A stretch of DNA of 64,000 nt from an uncultured virus (IMG/VR IMGVR_UViG_3300048778_000136) (lineage: Duplodnaviria > Heunggongvirae > Uroviricota > Caudoviricetes): the IMG/VR virus record IMGVR_UViG_3300048778_000136; one strand, given 5' to 3'. This document shows positions 28,779 through 38,383 of this stretch, one piece after another. The position numbers and the translations under genes were made by a program. The notes under the pieces are model-generated. The model was not told the origin of the DNA. It worked only from the letters and a program-made list of their open reading frames with translations, and made no database searches. Position 1 is the stretch's first letter, and every line of letters starts with the position of its first letter.

Positions 28779-29186
28779 TCATCGCTTCTCCTCTTCCTTT
28801 ACACGTGGTACTAAAAGTAAATAAGCCGGAATCTCGAAGGCATCTGCAAAATTCTGGATTGAGCGCAACTCAGGAGCGCAGTGCCCATTCTCAGTTTTAC
28901 TGATCCACGAGCGCGTCGTCTTCATCTTCTTGGCAAGCTGGCTTTGAAACCAGCCCCGTTTGCGCCTCTCCGCTAGGATGTTCGCTCTAAAGATAGCGGC
29001 CAAGTCAGTAGTCCTGCTGGACTCATGGTGAATAAATGACTTGACTTCGACAGGCTTCTCGACGATCACACCAGACTCCCATAACGACTTATTGCAGCGG
29101 CGGCAAAGACCCGAGATAGTCCAGAATTGGTTGAGAGTACAGGATGGACAGATGATTGTCTTGCGTTTCTTCAACGCATCCTCCAT
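28779..29186 (-). CDS. Zn-ribbon + XRE HTH protein
   Basis: CPSC..CRRC and ERRKRGWFQSQLAKKM..TRSWISKTENG...P. Confidence 0.75.
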   Translation of the reverse strand: MEDALKKRKTIICPSCTLNQFWTISGLCRRCNKSLWESGVIVEKPVEVKSFIHHESSRTTDLAAIFRANILAERRKRGWFQSQLAKKMKTTRSWISKTENGHCAPELRSIQNFADAFEIPAYLLLVPRVKEEEKR

Positions 29187-29838
29187 AGCCAGCACAGCCA
29201 ATGCCAAGCATAGGCGAAGAGTTCGCAGACAATCCAGAGCATGAAGACGATTGCTGCCAAGACGACGGCAACGGTAACGAGATTAATGGTCCAGTCAATT
29301 ATGAATTGGATTACTTGCATAGTAATATTTATGGCTTCCTTTTAGAGAGTGCGAGCGCAACCGCCCGTATGTCGCCTGTGATGCTGGATAGAACCTCCCA
29401 CTGCGCCTTCCATAGCGCAAGGAGCTTGTCGTAATCCTTGGCGAGCACGAACTCATCGCCAGTCCCGTCATTGATCCCCCGCTTTACCTTATCTGGATTG
29501 AAATCGCTCATCACTTCTCCTTCTCTTTATTCGCGCAGTTCGCGCAAGGAATATCATAATCTAGGGTTGTTGTAGAACTAACAGGGAAACCCATTGCAGA
29601 CGCTATACTTCGTAGCTGTGCAGCATGTTTATCACAGGCGGGAGTGTCCTTACCCGGCCAGTGAACGATCTGTGTCGCTAATGTCATATCTTCTCCTTCT
29701 CGTGAATCAACCTTGCAACCTTCCACAGTAAATCATTTTCGCCGACAGGAACATCAAGAGACTCTGCAATCTTCACCACATCCTCGTACTCTAGATTGAA
29801 GTTTCCAATGCTACTCATGTCGCTAACCCACGCTCCCT

Positions 29839-30294
29839 TTAGCCATGCCTCGGGATCGTCGGACATAACGAAGACGATGCAGCATGATCCTTACCAGCCT
29901 TATCTTTGTAAGGCGTGCCCTGTGTCATCTGTGGGTTATAAATTGTCTGTCCACTACAGAATATTAGGATGTCTTCCTTGTCACGCATGGGCATCTTCTT
30001 CGCGTTCAGATGACCTGTTCCCTTCGGTTTTCGCCACGTCCAGTCATACTTGAACTCTTTCAGGTTGGAACAGACCAACACTGATGTGAACGGTTGCGCA
30101 GCAGTGAGAACAATAGCCCCCTTGCAGATGCGCTTGTACTGCTTCCACAACTCCACTAAGTCAATCACAGTGTCCCACTTGTTCTGGGTAGTGCCATAAG
30201 GCAGATCACACATCACCATGTCCACAGACTGGTCTTCCAACTTAGCCATCTCGGCCAAGCACTCACCCTGAATCAACTTAATCTTTTCTGCCAT
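29839..30294 (-). pseudogene. N-terminal half of a beta-class DNA methyltransferase
   Basis: QGECL..M..L...SVDM..CDLPYGTT.NKWD...YNPQM; lacks HP and the FxGxG SAM motif. Confidence 0.75.
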
Positions 30295-30295
30295 G

Positions 30296-30475
30296 TTACT
30301 CTAAGCTCCTATCAATGTGTCTTCGTGCTGCTGCCATCACAAACCGTTCACCACCGGGGAAGTACCGCCGCCTTTGTCCTTGAATCAGAACTGAGATAGC
30401 CCTGCTCAGGTTGCTGCGCACGATATCAACTCCCCGGTACACTTCAATCACTTCGTAGCTGATAGTGGCAGGCAT
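30296..30475 (-). CDS. Hypothetical protein (59 aa)
   Basis: Hand translation fills the gap exactly between the DHH and MTase genes. Confidence 0.5.
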   Translation of the reverse strand: MPATISYEVIEVYRGVDIVRSNLSRAISVLIQGQRRRYFPGGERFVMAAARRHIDRSLE

Positions 30476-31318
30476 CTAACGAAGCTCCCCGAAGGTCTCG
30501 AACCCAGCAGCGTGCTTGTGGCCACCGCCGCCATAGCGTGATGCGATCTCAGATACGTCGATGCCCTCTTCAGAGCTGCGAAGGCTATAGACGTACTTCC
30601 CGTCCTTGCGACGGTAGTAGGTAGCCGCGAACGGCTCGTCTTTGCCTATGATGTGTGCGGCCTGTGATGCCATCGTGTAAGGCATGTTGGCACACCATAC
30701 TTCGTACCCTCCGATCACGGCACGCCGCTTGGTCATGTCTACGATCTCAGCAATGTCGCGGGATTGCTTTCGATTGATAGCGGCTCCCTGAGTAGCTGCA
30801 TACTGCAAGCCAGCTTGACCATCAGCAATCTCAGTAGCTATCTTCGTCCAGACGGCGAAGTCATACGGGTAGCTGAGAATATAGGCGTTAACTTCGTTAC
30901 TCCACTCCAAGGTGAAGCGCCACAGATCGCGGTCTTCAACGTACTTCACAATAGTGGGAGCTTCGACGCCTTCATGAAAATACTCCCACGCTAGCCGAGC
31001 GCCTGACTTGTTCATGTCAAAATGAATATAAACATTCGCTTTGGCATCCAAGGTGTCAAGACCTTCAAGCTCAGCTTCAGCAGTCTTGTGATGGTCAAGC
31101 ACCACGATGCGTTTTGCCTCAGCCATCAGTTTCATCATCACGTCACGCTTATAGCTGAAGTCAACCATGATGACTTCACGGTCTGTAACGTCTGGTGGGG
31201 CTTGGCCATAGATGCCTTTCACGAACTCAGCATCAGGGAACTTCAACCACACAGCCCATGCTGCGGTAAAGCCATCAGGACATGGGGAATGTGATATTAC
31301 TAATTTAGGCATATTCAT
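30476..31318 (-). CDS. DHH/DHHA1 phosphoesterase (nanoRNase/cyclic-dinucleotide phosphodiesterase-like)
   Basis: H..CPDG, VDFS, LDHHKT, EDRDLW, SLRS, YGGGGHKHAAGF. Confidence 0.88.
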   Translation of the reverse strand: MNMPKLVISHSPCPDGFTAAWAVWLKFPDAEFVKGIYGQAPPDVTDREVIMVDFSYKRDVMMKLMAEAKRIVVLDHHKTAEAELEGLDTLDAKANVYIHFDMNKSGARLAWEYFHEGVEAPTIVKYVEDRDLWRFTLEWSNEVNAYILSYPYDFAVWTKIATEIADGQAGLQYAATQGAAINRKQSRDIAEIVDMTKRRAVIGGYEVWCANMPYTMASQAAHIIGKDEPFAATYYRRKDGKYVYSLRSSEEGIDVSEIASRYGGGGHKHAAGFETFGELR

Positions 31319-31332
31319 AAGTTACCTCTCCA

Positions 31333-31560
31333 TTACGCCGCTTCGGTGATACGTCGCTGTGCAATCTCGTAATACTCCGGCGAGATTTCAATTCCGGTAA
31401 AGCTACGGCCAAGTTTGACGGCCATCTTGCCAGTGGTTCCACTGCCCATGAACGGGTCGAGAACCATGTCCCCCGGATTCGTCCATGTAAGAATGTGATC
31501 CCGCGCCAGCGCCTCTGGAAAGGTTGCAGGGTGTTTGAAAGACTCCGTATCCGTTGTGGA
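31333..31560 (-). pseudogene. Orphan C-terminal fragment of a DNA methyltransferase
   Basis: Hand translation FKHPATFPEALARDHILTWTNPGDMVLDPFMGSGTTGKMAVKLGRSFTGIEISPEYYEIAQRRI; in-frame stops upstream, no proper start. Confidence 0.8.
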
Positions 31561-31612
31561 GATTTCTGGTCCACAATCTTGCGTAACATTTTTTCTTCAT
31601 CAGACAAAACAG

Positions 31613-32995
31613 TCATCCGTCTACCCTCTCTCCCCGCTTGCACTTCCCTTTCTGAACCTGCCCATATTTACCACAGGACTCATCCGGGCAAGCCAACTTA
31701 CCACGAGACTCCTCAAGCGGACCATCGCAGGCCACACAGACAGGCATAGTCCCCAAGTCTATGTATCCTCCAACAACCTCAGTAAGCACTCTAGAATCCA
31801 CAATAATCGTTGCAGGCGGAATATTCCCGGCGCAAATATCCCGCAGCGCTGCCATTCGGTCAGCCTTCATCGCTGCCCCTACGTCCTCTGCGAGTTTATT
31901 AAAATCGGGCGTCTGATTCACTTTCGGCTTTCCAACTCCCACCGCAACACCTTCAACGCCATTATCATCTTCCGGTACGGTTTCAGAATTTCGTCGATCT
32001 TCTCCTGCCGCGCCTCGCCCTTCAACTTCATCAACGACCTCACTAGCTTCCGGTTCGAATACCTTCTTAAATTCCTCAGCGAGAGCTAAAACCTCGGGAG
32101 TCGGTAATTTCGCCGGAACACTCCCCGCCGCGATTTTTTTAGCCGCCAACCGTGATAAACCTTCCGACCGAGGCTTCAGCGGAATTACCACCTCAGTCCC
32201 AGGAGGCGTCTCACTCGTCGGGCGACCATAATAAATATTCCTACCACCGAAACCAGATGTCGGAAGGTGAAGACCATTCTCAGCCAGAACCTTATCCGCA
32301 ATTTCCGCATTTAGCGCCCCGTAACCCAATACCTGCGCTTTACCCCCACGCGGCAGGCTTGGGGTGCCCCCATCACCCTCCGCCCCCCCCGAAACCGAAA
32401 CTACCGCGATTTTTTTTCGTGGCTGCATCTCTGTCTTTACCACCGGCTTTGTGCCCTGTAGTATCTCTACCCCCACAACTGTCTCTACCAACTCCTCACT
32501 CTCTAGAATTATCGATACCTTCCCACTCTCCCGATCCACCGAATACAACGGCGGCAATTTTTCCAGCTTCCGATTAATTACCCAATTTCGACTTACCCCA
32601 AGCCTCTTCGCCTCCGAATCAATCTCATTGAGCAAATCCTCGCTAATTCGCAATGAGACCGTGGTAGTTTTTCCGCTTTTTCCGTCAACCAACACATCGC
32701 CAATTTCCACATGACGCTGTTTATGATGTTTAGCGCAATACCAAATCACCTCAAGCGGCTCATCGTAATTCTCATGATGCGCATGTATATTTTCTCTGGA
32801 ACCACAAACGCAGCACCCTTCTGGCACTAATTGTCCATTCCTTTTAGCTTTTCCTACCGCAGCATTCGCCTGCGCCATCTTTTCCATGCTAACCTTCGCT
32901 TTATCCCAAAGAGGACTCTTACACCCTGGGCAATTTTTTGGCCGACCCTCTATACGGCTTTCCCATTTCCAATCGCATCGTAAACATCTATTCAT
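31613..32995 (-). CDS. Multidomain protein: Zn ribbon + HNH-like + ribbon-helix-helix + disordered region + C-terminal Zn finger
   Basis: CLRC.W.W...P..CP.CKS..W; C.VCG....HAHH.NY..PL.V.W.C..HH..RH; VSLRISEDLL.EID..AKRLGVSRN.VI. Confidence 0.65.
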   Translation of the reverse strand: MNRCLRCDWKWESRIEGRPKNCPGCKSPLWDKAKVSMEKMAQANAAVGKAKRNGQLVPEGCCVCGSRENIHAHHENYDEPLEVIWYCAKHHKQRHVEIGDVLVDGKSGKTTTVSLRISEDLLNEIDSEAKRLGVSRNWVINRKLEKLPPLYSVDRESGKVSIILESEELVETVVGVEILQGTKPVVKTEMQPRKKIAVVSVSGGAEGDGGTPSLPRGGKAQVLGYGALNAEIADKVLAENGLHLPTSGFGGRNIYYGRPTSETPPGTEVVIPLKPRSEGLSRLAAKKIAAGSVPAKLPTPEVLALAEEFKKVFEPEASEVVDEVEGRGAAGEDRRNSETVPEDDNGVEGVAVGVGKPKVNQTPDFNKLAEDVGAAMKADRMAALRDICAGNIPPATIIVDSRVLTEVVGGYIDLGTMPVCVACDGPLEESRGKLACPDESCGKYGQVQKGKCKRGERVDG

Positions 32996-33002
32996 GCTCA
33001 TC

Positions 33003-33032
33003 ATCATAACGATGATAGAACACAACTGTCAA
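33003..33032 (-). promoter_or_regulatory. Sigma70-type promoter, probably giving a leaderless mRNA
   Basis: TTGACA-N18-TATGAT; ATG 32995 lies 8 nt downstream of the -10 box. Confidence 0.55.
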
Positions 33033-34200
33033 CAACAAAATGCGCCTAATTTACCCACCCTATTTCCAAAAATAATAATAATTACCCCTGCGCCCTATTT
33101 TCACGTACCCTATTTTATTTATTTATTTTATTCCTAAACTGCGCCTCCTGCCCCGGTAATAAAGGACATAAAGGGGCAAAACACGTCAGAGCCAACGGCG
33201 TAGACCCCCACCTCGGACAACTCAGAACAACAGGGACAACGGACAAGGGCAACCGGGGGGCGGGCGTCTCTCTCATTCTGTAGATTCATACAGATACAGC
33301 GGCAATATATCGGCAATATAGCGCTAAAATGCCCATATATGCCCATATAACCAGCAATAATAGTTTGGAACGTCTGAAAATAACTATATAGATATGCGCC
33401 TAGTTTGGAGTGAAAGGGGCAGTTTAGTAAGTTGCAGGTAGGCGAAAAAGGGTTTGTTCTGGGGTTTGATTTACAGGGGTTAGCTGTGCGCAAATAGGGC
33501 GGTGCGGCGCTGGTAATAAATAGGTGGGAATCGAAGGGATAATAATAATGCGGACGGTGTAGAGGCGGGGGATACCCCCCCCAACGGCATACAGTTATTC
33601 TAACGTCCTTATCTATATAAGAGTCTTTAGAGCGTCCTGCCCGCCCTTAGGTACTCCAGCGCGGCGGAGTCCGCCCGTACCCTCAGCTAGCTCTGTGACG
33701 ATACCAGCGTCTTTAGTAACATCCTGCCCGCGAACCTATAAACAATTACAGCGCCAAACCTAACGCATTTATTTATTTATTATCTTGGAGTTTTCCACTT
33801 GTTTTCCTCGTTATCTCATGTAATAGCCCCCTATTTTCGCCTTATATACGCTTGCGAGACGAATAATAGGCGAACGTCAAACCTTTACAGTCGCACTCTA
33901 TGGCACCTAAGAGCCATCGTAAAATTAGAACGTCCAACCCCACCCGCCTTTAATATTGACGCAGCCACGGTCAAGTATGGGCTTTTTCGACAGTTGTCGA
34001 TTAAGCGAATATCCGGCGAATAAAATAATCCTCCCGCATAGCGCGGGCAACCCCCGCCTCTCACTCCCCCTAAACTCTCTCACTCTCCCTAACGTCTCTA
34101 ATACAATCCTGCCCGCGTCCGGTTGATTTTCTTGCTGTATATAGATAGGCGAATAATCCTCATCCGCTCCCTAATTCACACTCACACTCATTTATAGGAG
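33033..34200. other. Large non-coding divergence region, candidate genome terminus/packaging site
   Basis: No credible ORFs; low-complexity tracts, direct and inverted repeats; transcription diverges from it. Confidence 0.55.
33623..34116 (+). repeat. Three degenerate direct repeats GTCTYTAR-N4/5-TCCTGCCCGC
   Basis: Copies at 33623-33644, 33709-33731, 34094-34116. Confidence 0.7.
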
Positions 34201-34230
34201 TTGACACTGTACCGCCATAAGAGTACAAAT
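34201..34230 (+). promoter_or_regulatory. Early sigma70-type promoter
   Basis: TTGACA-N17-TACAAA, upstream of the first plus-strand gene. Confidence 0.55.
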
Positions 34231-34278
34231 ACATGGTAAGTGTTTTATAGATGCTGTATCCGGGAGGATTCACCGCAT

Positions 34279-34536
34279 ATGACATACCAGCAGATTCTAG
34301 ACCGTGACGTTCCCAAAATAGTCCAGTTATCACGAAACCTAGCGCGGGCGGGAATTGTCGGAAGCATGGTTATTTATTACCGGCATGAGGAAATTACCGC
34401 CGTATGCGAACCTTGCACAAATGACCTTACAGCGGATTGGATTCCTGCCGGTGTCTCAATTCCCTGCAACATCCCGTGGGATGCGTGGAATAACTACCTG
34501 CGCAACCGTTTGGGTAACGTGCCCATATTCGCCTAA
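34279..34536 (+). CDS. Hypothetical early protein
   Basis: CCGGGAGG RBS before ATG 34279. Confidence 0.6.
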   Translation: MTYQQILDRDVPKIVQLSRNLARAGIVGSMVIYYRHEEITAVCEPCTNDLTADWIPAGVSIPCNIPWDAWNNYLRNRLGNVPIFA

Positions 34537-34571
34537 CCAGCACCATTAACCCATTTCCGGGAGGAAATACC

Positions 34572-35606
34572 ATGCAAGTTACACCCGCACAACTCTCTAC
34601 ACTCCTAACCGCTGCCGTTCCTGCCCGCTTGCCTGTTCTCATAACCGGCGCTCCGGGAATCGGTAAAACCGATATCGTGGAATTAACCGCTTCCCATCTT
34701 GGGTTTGACTTGCTTGTGTCTCACCCGGTTGTGTCAGACCCTACAGACTTTAAGGGTCTCCCGTTCGCTAATGGTCAGAGTACTGAAGCAACGTTTTTGC
34801 CGTTTGGCGACTTGTCACAAGCGATTAACGCGACCCGTCCTATGGTCTGGTTTTTCGATGATTTAGGGCAAGCTCCGCAGAGTGTGCAGTCCGCTTGTAT
34901 GCAGCTATTCCTTGCCCGCCGCATTAACGGTCACAAGGTCTCGGATCACGTTACATTCATCGGCGCAACTAACCGGCGCACCGACCGCGCCGGAGTATCG
35001 GGAATTTTAGAGCCTGTAAAATCCCGGTTCGCGTCCATTGTGGAATTAACTCCGGATATCGACTCATGGTCGCAGTGGGCGTTTGGTGCGGGCATCCCCG
35101 CAACCCTTATTGCTTTCCTGCGGTATAAACCGGACCTTCTATCCTTATTCGTTCCTACCGCCGATATGTCCAATAGTCCTATGCCGCGAACATGGTCAAA
35201 CCTCGCACGTTTGGAAGCTCTGAAGCTCCCGGACGCGGTAGAATTCGCCGCCTTTGCGGGAGCGGTTGGCGAGGGAGCGGCGGGAGAATATAAGGCGTTT
35301 AGGTCTATGTATCAGTCTCTTATCAGTGTAGACGCGATTCTAGCGGACCCCAGCGGTTGTACTCTCCCAACCCGTCCTAATGAACTGTATGCGATTGCAA
35401 CCGCCCTTGCATCCAAGGTCACTATCGAAAATCTCTCCCGCATTGTGACGATTGCCAACCGTTTGAACGATGCCGCGCGGGGAGAATTCGCCGTCCTGTT
35501 GCTGCGCGATTGCATCCGCCGTAACCCAAAGGTGCAACATACAGATACGTTTGTACGTATGTCCTGCGGTCCTATCGGTCAACTGCTTAGTGGTCAAGCG
35601 AACTAA
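34572..35606 (+). CDS. MoxR-like AAA+ ATPase
   Basis: GAPGIGKT Walker A, FFDDL Walker B, ATNR..D sensor, SRF Arg finger, PRTW sensor 2. Confidence 0.9.
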   Translation: MQVTPAQLSTLLTAAVPARLPVLITGAPGIGKTDIVELTASHLGFDLLVSHPVVSDPTDFKGLPFANGQSTEATFLPFGDLSQAINATRPMVWFFDDLGQAPQSVQSACMQLFLARRINGHKVSDHVTFIGATNRRTDRAGVSGILEPVKSRFASIVELTPDIDSWSQWAFGAGIPATLIAFLRYKPDLLSLFVPTADMSNSPMPRTWSNLARLEALKLPDAVEFAAFAGAVGEGAAGEYKAFRSMYQSLISVDAILADPSGCTLPTRPNELYAIATALASKVTIENLSRIVTIANRLNDAARGEFAVLLLRDCIRRNPKVQHTDTFVRMSCGPIGQLLSGQAN

Positions 35607-35641
35607 TCTAACCCCATCTCACCTGAAAGGAATACACGAAA

Positions 35642-36511
35642 ATGGAAAACCCTCTTATCACTCGCGCAATGCTTTGTTCCCTAAGCATCTCCGCATGGTC
35701 CGCCCGCAAATACGATAAAAAGGTAACTCAAGAGACTAACACCGCACATAACGCCGCCGCCGATGCCGGACGGTACAATAAGCAACTGTTACCGGGGGAT
35801 GCCACTAGCTTTAAGGCTTTGACCTCGCATATTGCTAACGTCCGAGTGAAACACTACCGTGAGACGCTTGCATGGTCCGATGACGGCAAGCGTCTTTTGC
35901 CTATCGCGAACTTTCAGAATTACACGAACCTCATGCGGGCGGCGAAACATACATACGACGCTCTATTGTCTGATTTTCTCGCGGACTATCCGACACTTGC
36001 GGCAAATGCTCCCCAGCGGTTAAACGGGATGTATCGCGCGGACGACTTCCCATCCGTCTCTGATATTTCATCGAAGTTTGGGTTTTCCGTCACTTATGAT
36101 CCGGTCCCCAGCGGCGGGGATTTTCGTGTTGAACTCTCACAGGCTGAAATTGATATTCTCGCAACGAACTGTGAAAATCGCATGAAAACAGCATTTGAAG
36201 AGGCTCACAGAGACGCGGTTAAACGTCTCTTCGATTGTGTCTCCCGGATACATGAAAGACTCGCACAGCCTGAAGCGATTTTCAGGGATTCGCTTATCAG
36301 TAACGCGTCCGAACTATGCGACATCCTAACCCGCTTGAATATCTCAGGGGATGTCAATCTTGAGACGCTACGCGCGGCAACCGCAACACTCGCAACCGTG
36401 CAACCGGATACCCTTAGGAATGACGCTGTAACACGCATACAGGTCGCAAACGACGCGCAGGGTATCTTAGATTCAATATTGAACGTGTACGGGAAAGGAA
36501 TCGCGCAATGA
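35642..36511 (+). CDS. Helical protein (DUF3150-like) of the AAA+/VWA triad
   Basis: L.IS.WSARK.D...T, TL.W.D.G.RLLP, FRDSL..N..EL...L..LN..GD; sits between the AAA and VWA genes. Confidence 0.6.
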   Translation: MENPLITRAMLCSLSISAWSARKYDKKVTQETNTAHNAAADAGRYNKQLLPGDATSFKALTSHIANVRVKHYRETLAWSDDGKRLLPIANFQNYTNLMRAAKHTYDALLSDFLADYPTLAANAPQRLNGMYRADDFPSVSDISSKFGFSVTYDPVPSGGDFRVELSQAEIDILATNCENRMKTAFEEAHRDAVKRLFDCVSRIHERLAQPEAIFRDSLISNASELCDILTRLNISGDVNLETLRAATATLATVQPDTLRNDAVTRIQVANDAQGILDSILNVYGKGIAQ

Positions 36512-37665
36512 CCTCCCCCGCTCTTCAGAAACTCACCGCCGCCCGCATTGACCTTGTATGCGACCAACCCTTTTTTGGTTCCCTCGCCCTATCCCTTAAA
36601 CTGGTAGAAGATACCACCTGCGAAACCGCATGGACGGACGGGAGGAGTCTCGGCTACAATCCGGCTTTTATCGAATCCTTGGACCATGATAAAACGGTTG
36701 GGCTAGTCGTGCATGAGGTTATGCATAACGCTATGGGCCATCCGTGGCGGCGGGATGCAAGGGATCATAGTCGCTTTAACGCAGCTTGCGACTATGCGAT
36801 TAACGGCGAGTTGCAATCTTGCGGGTTTTCTCTCCCCGCTGGGGGGCTATTCCCGGACGCGTCACAGCTTGGAAAGTCTGCGGAATACATTTATTCCCGT
36901 CTCCCCCAACCCAAACCGGGCAAGGATGGCAACGGCGGCGGCGCTGGTAACGGTCAACCGCAACCGGGCAAAGGTAAACCGGACCCAGCGGGCGAGGTCC
37001 GCGATGCACCAACGGGGAAGGATGCCGATGGTGAACCCGCTTCCACTGAAAGCGATTGGAAACAACGGACGGCGGCGGCGGCGCAAAGCGCAAAGATGCA
37101 GGGCAAACTGCCGGGAGGATTATCGCGGTTGATAGAAACCGCGCTGGTAACGCGCGTGGATATAAAGTCTCTACTCCTCAGATTTTTTACAGAGAGAGTG
37201 AAGTCTGATTATTCATGGACTCGTCCGAACCCGCGTTATGTCTCATCCGGGCTATACCTGCCCGCGCTTGACTCTGTGAGTATGGGGGAGGTTGCTATTC
37301 TCTGCGACACGTCCGGGAGCGTCACCGGACCCGCGCTGCAATTCGCAAAGGGGATTTTAGAACAGGTATTAGATGAGGTCCGCCCGTCCGGTATCACCCT
37401 GTACTTTGTAGACACTAAAATCCATGGGACGCATCGCATGGAACCGGGAGACCCGTTGACATGGGAACCAAAGGGGTTTGGCGGTACGAACTTCACCAGT
37501 TTCTTTAAGGAGATAGAGCAAAGCGAAAACCCGCCTGTATGCATCGTTGGTATCAGCGACCTCGCCGCAACGTTTGGGGATGCTCCCACCGCTCCCGTCC
37601 TATGGATTACAGATACACCGGGAGCAACCGCACCGTTTGGGGAGGTTGTCTTTGTTGACCGCTAG
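36508..37665 (+). CDS. DUF2201-type metallopeptidase + VWA domain protein
   Basis: TAWTDG, HEVMH zincin motif, N.A.DYAIN, DTSGS MIDAS, GGGT-like GFGGTNF, SDL. Confidence 0.88.
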   Translation: MTSPALQKLTAARIDLVCDQPFFGSLALSLKLVEDTTCETAWTDGRSLGYNPAFIESLDHDKTVGLVVHEVMHNAMGHPWRRDARDHSRFNAACDYAINGELQSCGFSLPAGGLFPDASQLGKSAEYIYSRLPQPKPGKDGNGGGAGNGQPQPGKGKPDPAGEVRDAPTGKDADGEPASTESDWKQRTAAAAQSAKMQGKLPGGLSRLIETALVTRVDIKSLLLRFFTERVKSDYSWTRPNPRYVSSGLYLPALDSVSMGEVAILCDTSGSVTGPALQFAKGILEQVLDEVRPSGITLYFVDTKIHGTHRMEPGDPLTWEPKGFGGTNFTSFFKEIEQSENPPVCIVGISDLAATFGDAPTAPVLWITDTPGATAPFGEVVFVDR

Positions 37666-37669
37666 CCTA

Positions 37670-37701
37670 GCAGGGGCTAGAAGTGGCATCCTAGCCCCTG
37701 C
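37670..37701 (+). terminator. Stem-loop closing the triad operon
   Basis: GCAGGGGCTAG/CTAGCCCCTGC 11 bp stem; no clear U-tract. Confidence 0.5.
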
Positions 37702-37710
37702 AATGAACCA

Positions 37711-37740
37711 TTGACACTAACGCACCATAAGATGTAATGT
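37711..37740 (+). promoter_or_regulatory. Early promoter
   Basis: TTGACACTAACGCACCATAAGATGTAATGT; spacer resembles that of 34201. Confidence 0.55.
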
Positions 37741-37759
37741 AGCAACCGGGAGGATCATT

Positions 37760-38125
37760 ATGCGGCATAGCGGGATACAGGGAGAGAAAACTAAACACTG
37801 GGGGAGGGAGAGGGATTTAATGCAGAGAGACCTCGCGCGGGTTATATTCCTAGCCGTCCGGGATGCTCTGTATGCTCCCGCGCGTCCTGATAGTAAGCGG
37901 CAGGAAAGGCGGAGACAGAGAGACCTCGCCCGCCATGGTGCAAGGATCATGAAAGCATCTGGGGAAGTCTATTGCGCAGGAAAGTCTACTAACGCAAGGA
38001 AAGAACTGCGGCGGGAGATGCGCGAGGTTAGGGAGCGGATGAGGGAGGAGATGCGACGGGAACAATTGAAGATGGCTCGCATGGTTGCGGATAGGCTAAT
38101 GGGGAGGAGGAGACATGCAGCATGA
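37760..38125 (+). CDS. Arg-rich hypothetical protein with VADRLMG tag
   Basis: CCGGGAGG RBS; tag near C-terminus. Confidence 0.6.
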   Translation: MRHSGIQGEKTKHWGRERDLMQRDLARVIFLAVRDALYAPARPDSKRQERRRQRDLARHGARIMKASGEVYCAGKSTNARKELRREMREVRERMREEMRREQLKMARMVADRLMGRRRHAA

Positions 38126-38357
38126 GGAGGATGAGGTTTACACGGAATGGCTCGCCGCCGCTCCCAAGGGCGTTAGGTGGGATAAAGCGCAGGAGATGTA
38201 CCAGCTTTATCAGGAACGGCGCAGGGAGCAAGCGGAGAACGTAGCTAAACGTCTCATGGGGAGTCCTATCGTTCCAAAGGATAGAGCATCATTCGATAGT
38301 GTAGAGACGGCAATAAGGGAAGCTGAAAGGCTAGGACTTATTCCTAGTTCGCGATAG
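38115..38357 (+). CDS. Hypothetical protein with VAKRLMG tag
   Basis: GGAGGAG RBS. Confidence 0.6.
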   Translation: MQHEEDEVYTEWLAAAPKGVRWDKAQEMYQLYQERRREQAENVAKRLMGSPIVPKDRASFDSVETAIREAERLGLIPSSR

Positions 38358-38383
38358 ATAAATAAACGTCCGGGAGGGATATC

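Noticed and set aside
33134..34023. ORFs 33134-33493 and 33799-34023
   Set aside because: No RBS, atypical composition, and located inside the repeat-rich non-coding region.
33623..34116. CRISPR array
   Set aside because: Only three degenerate repeats with very unequal spacing; no cas genes.
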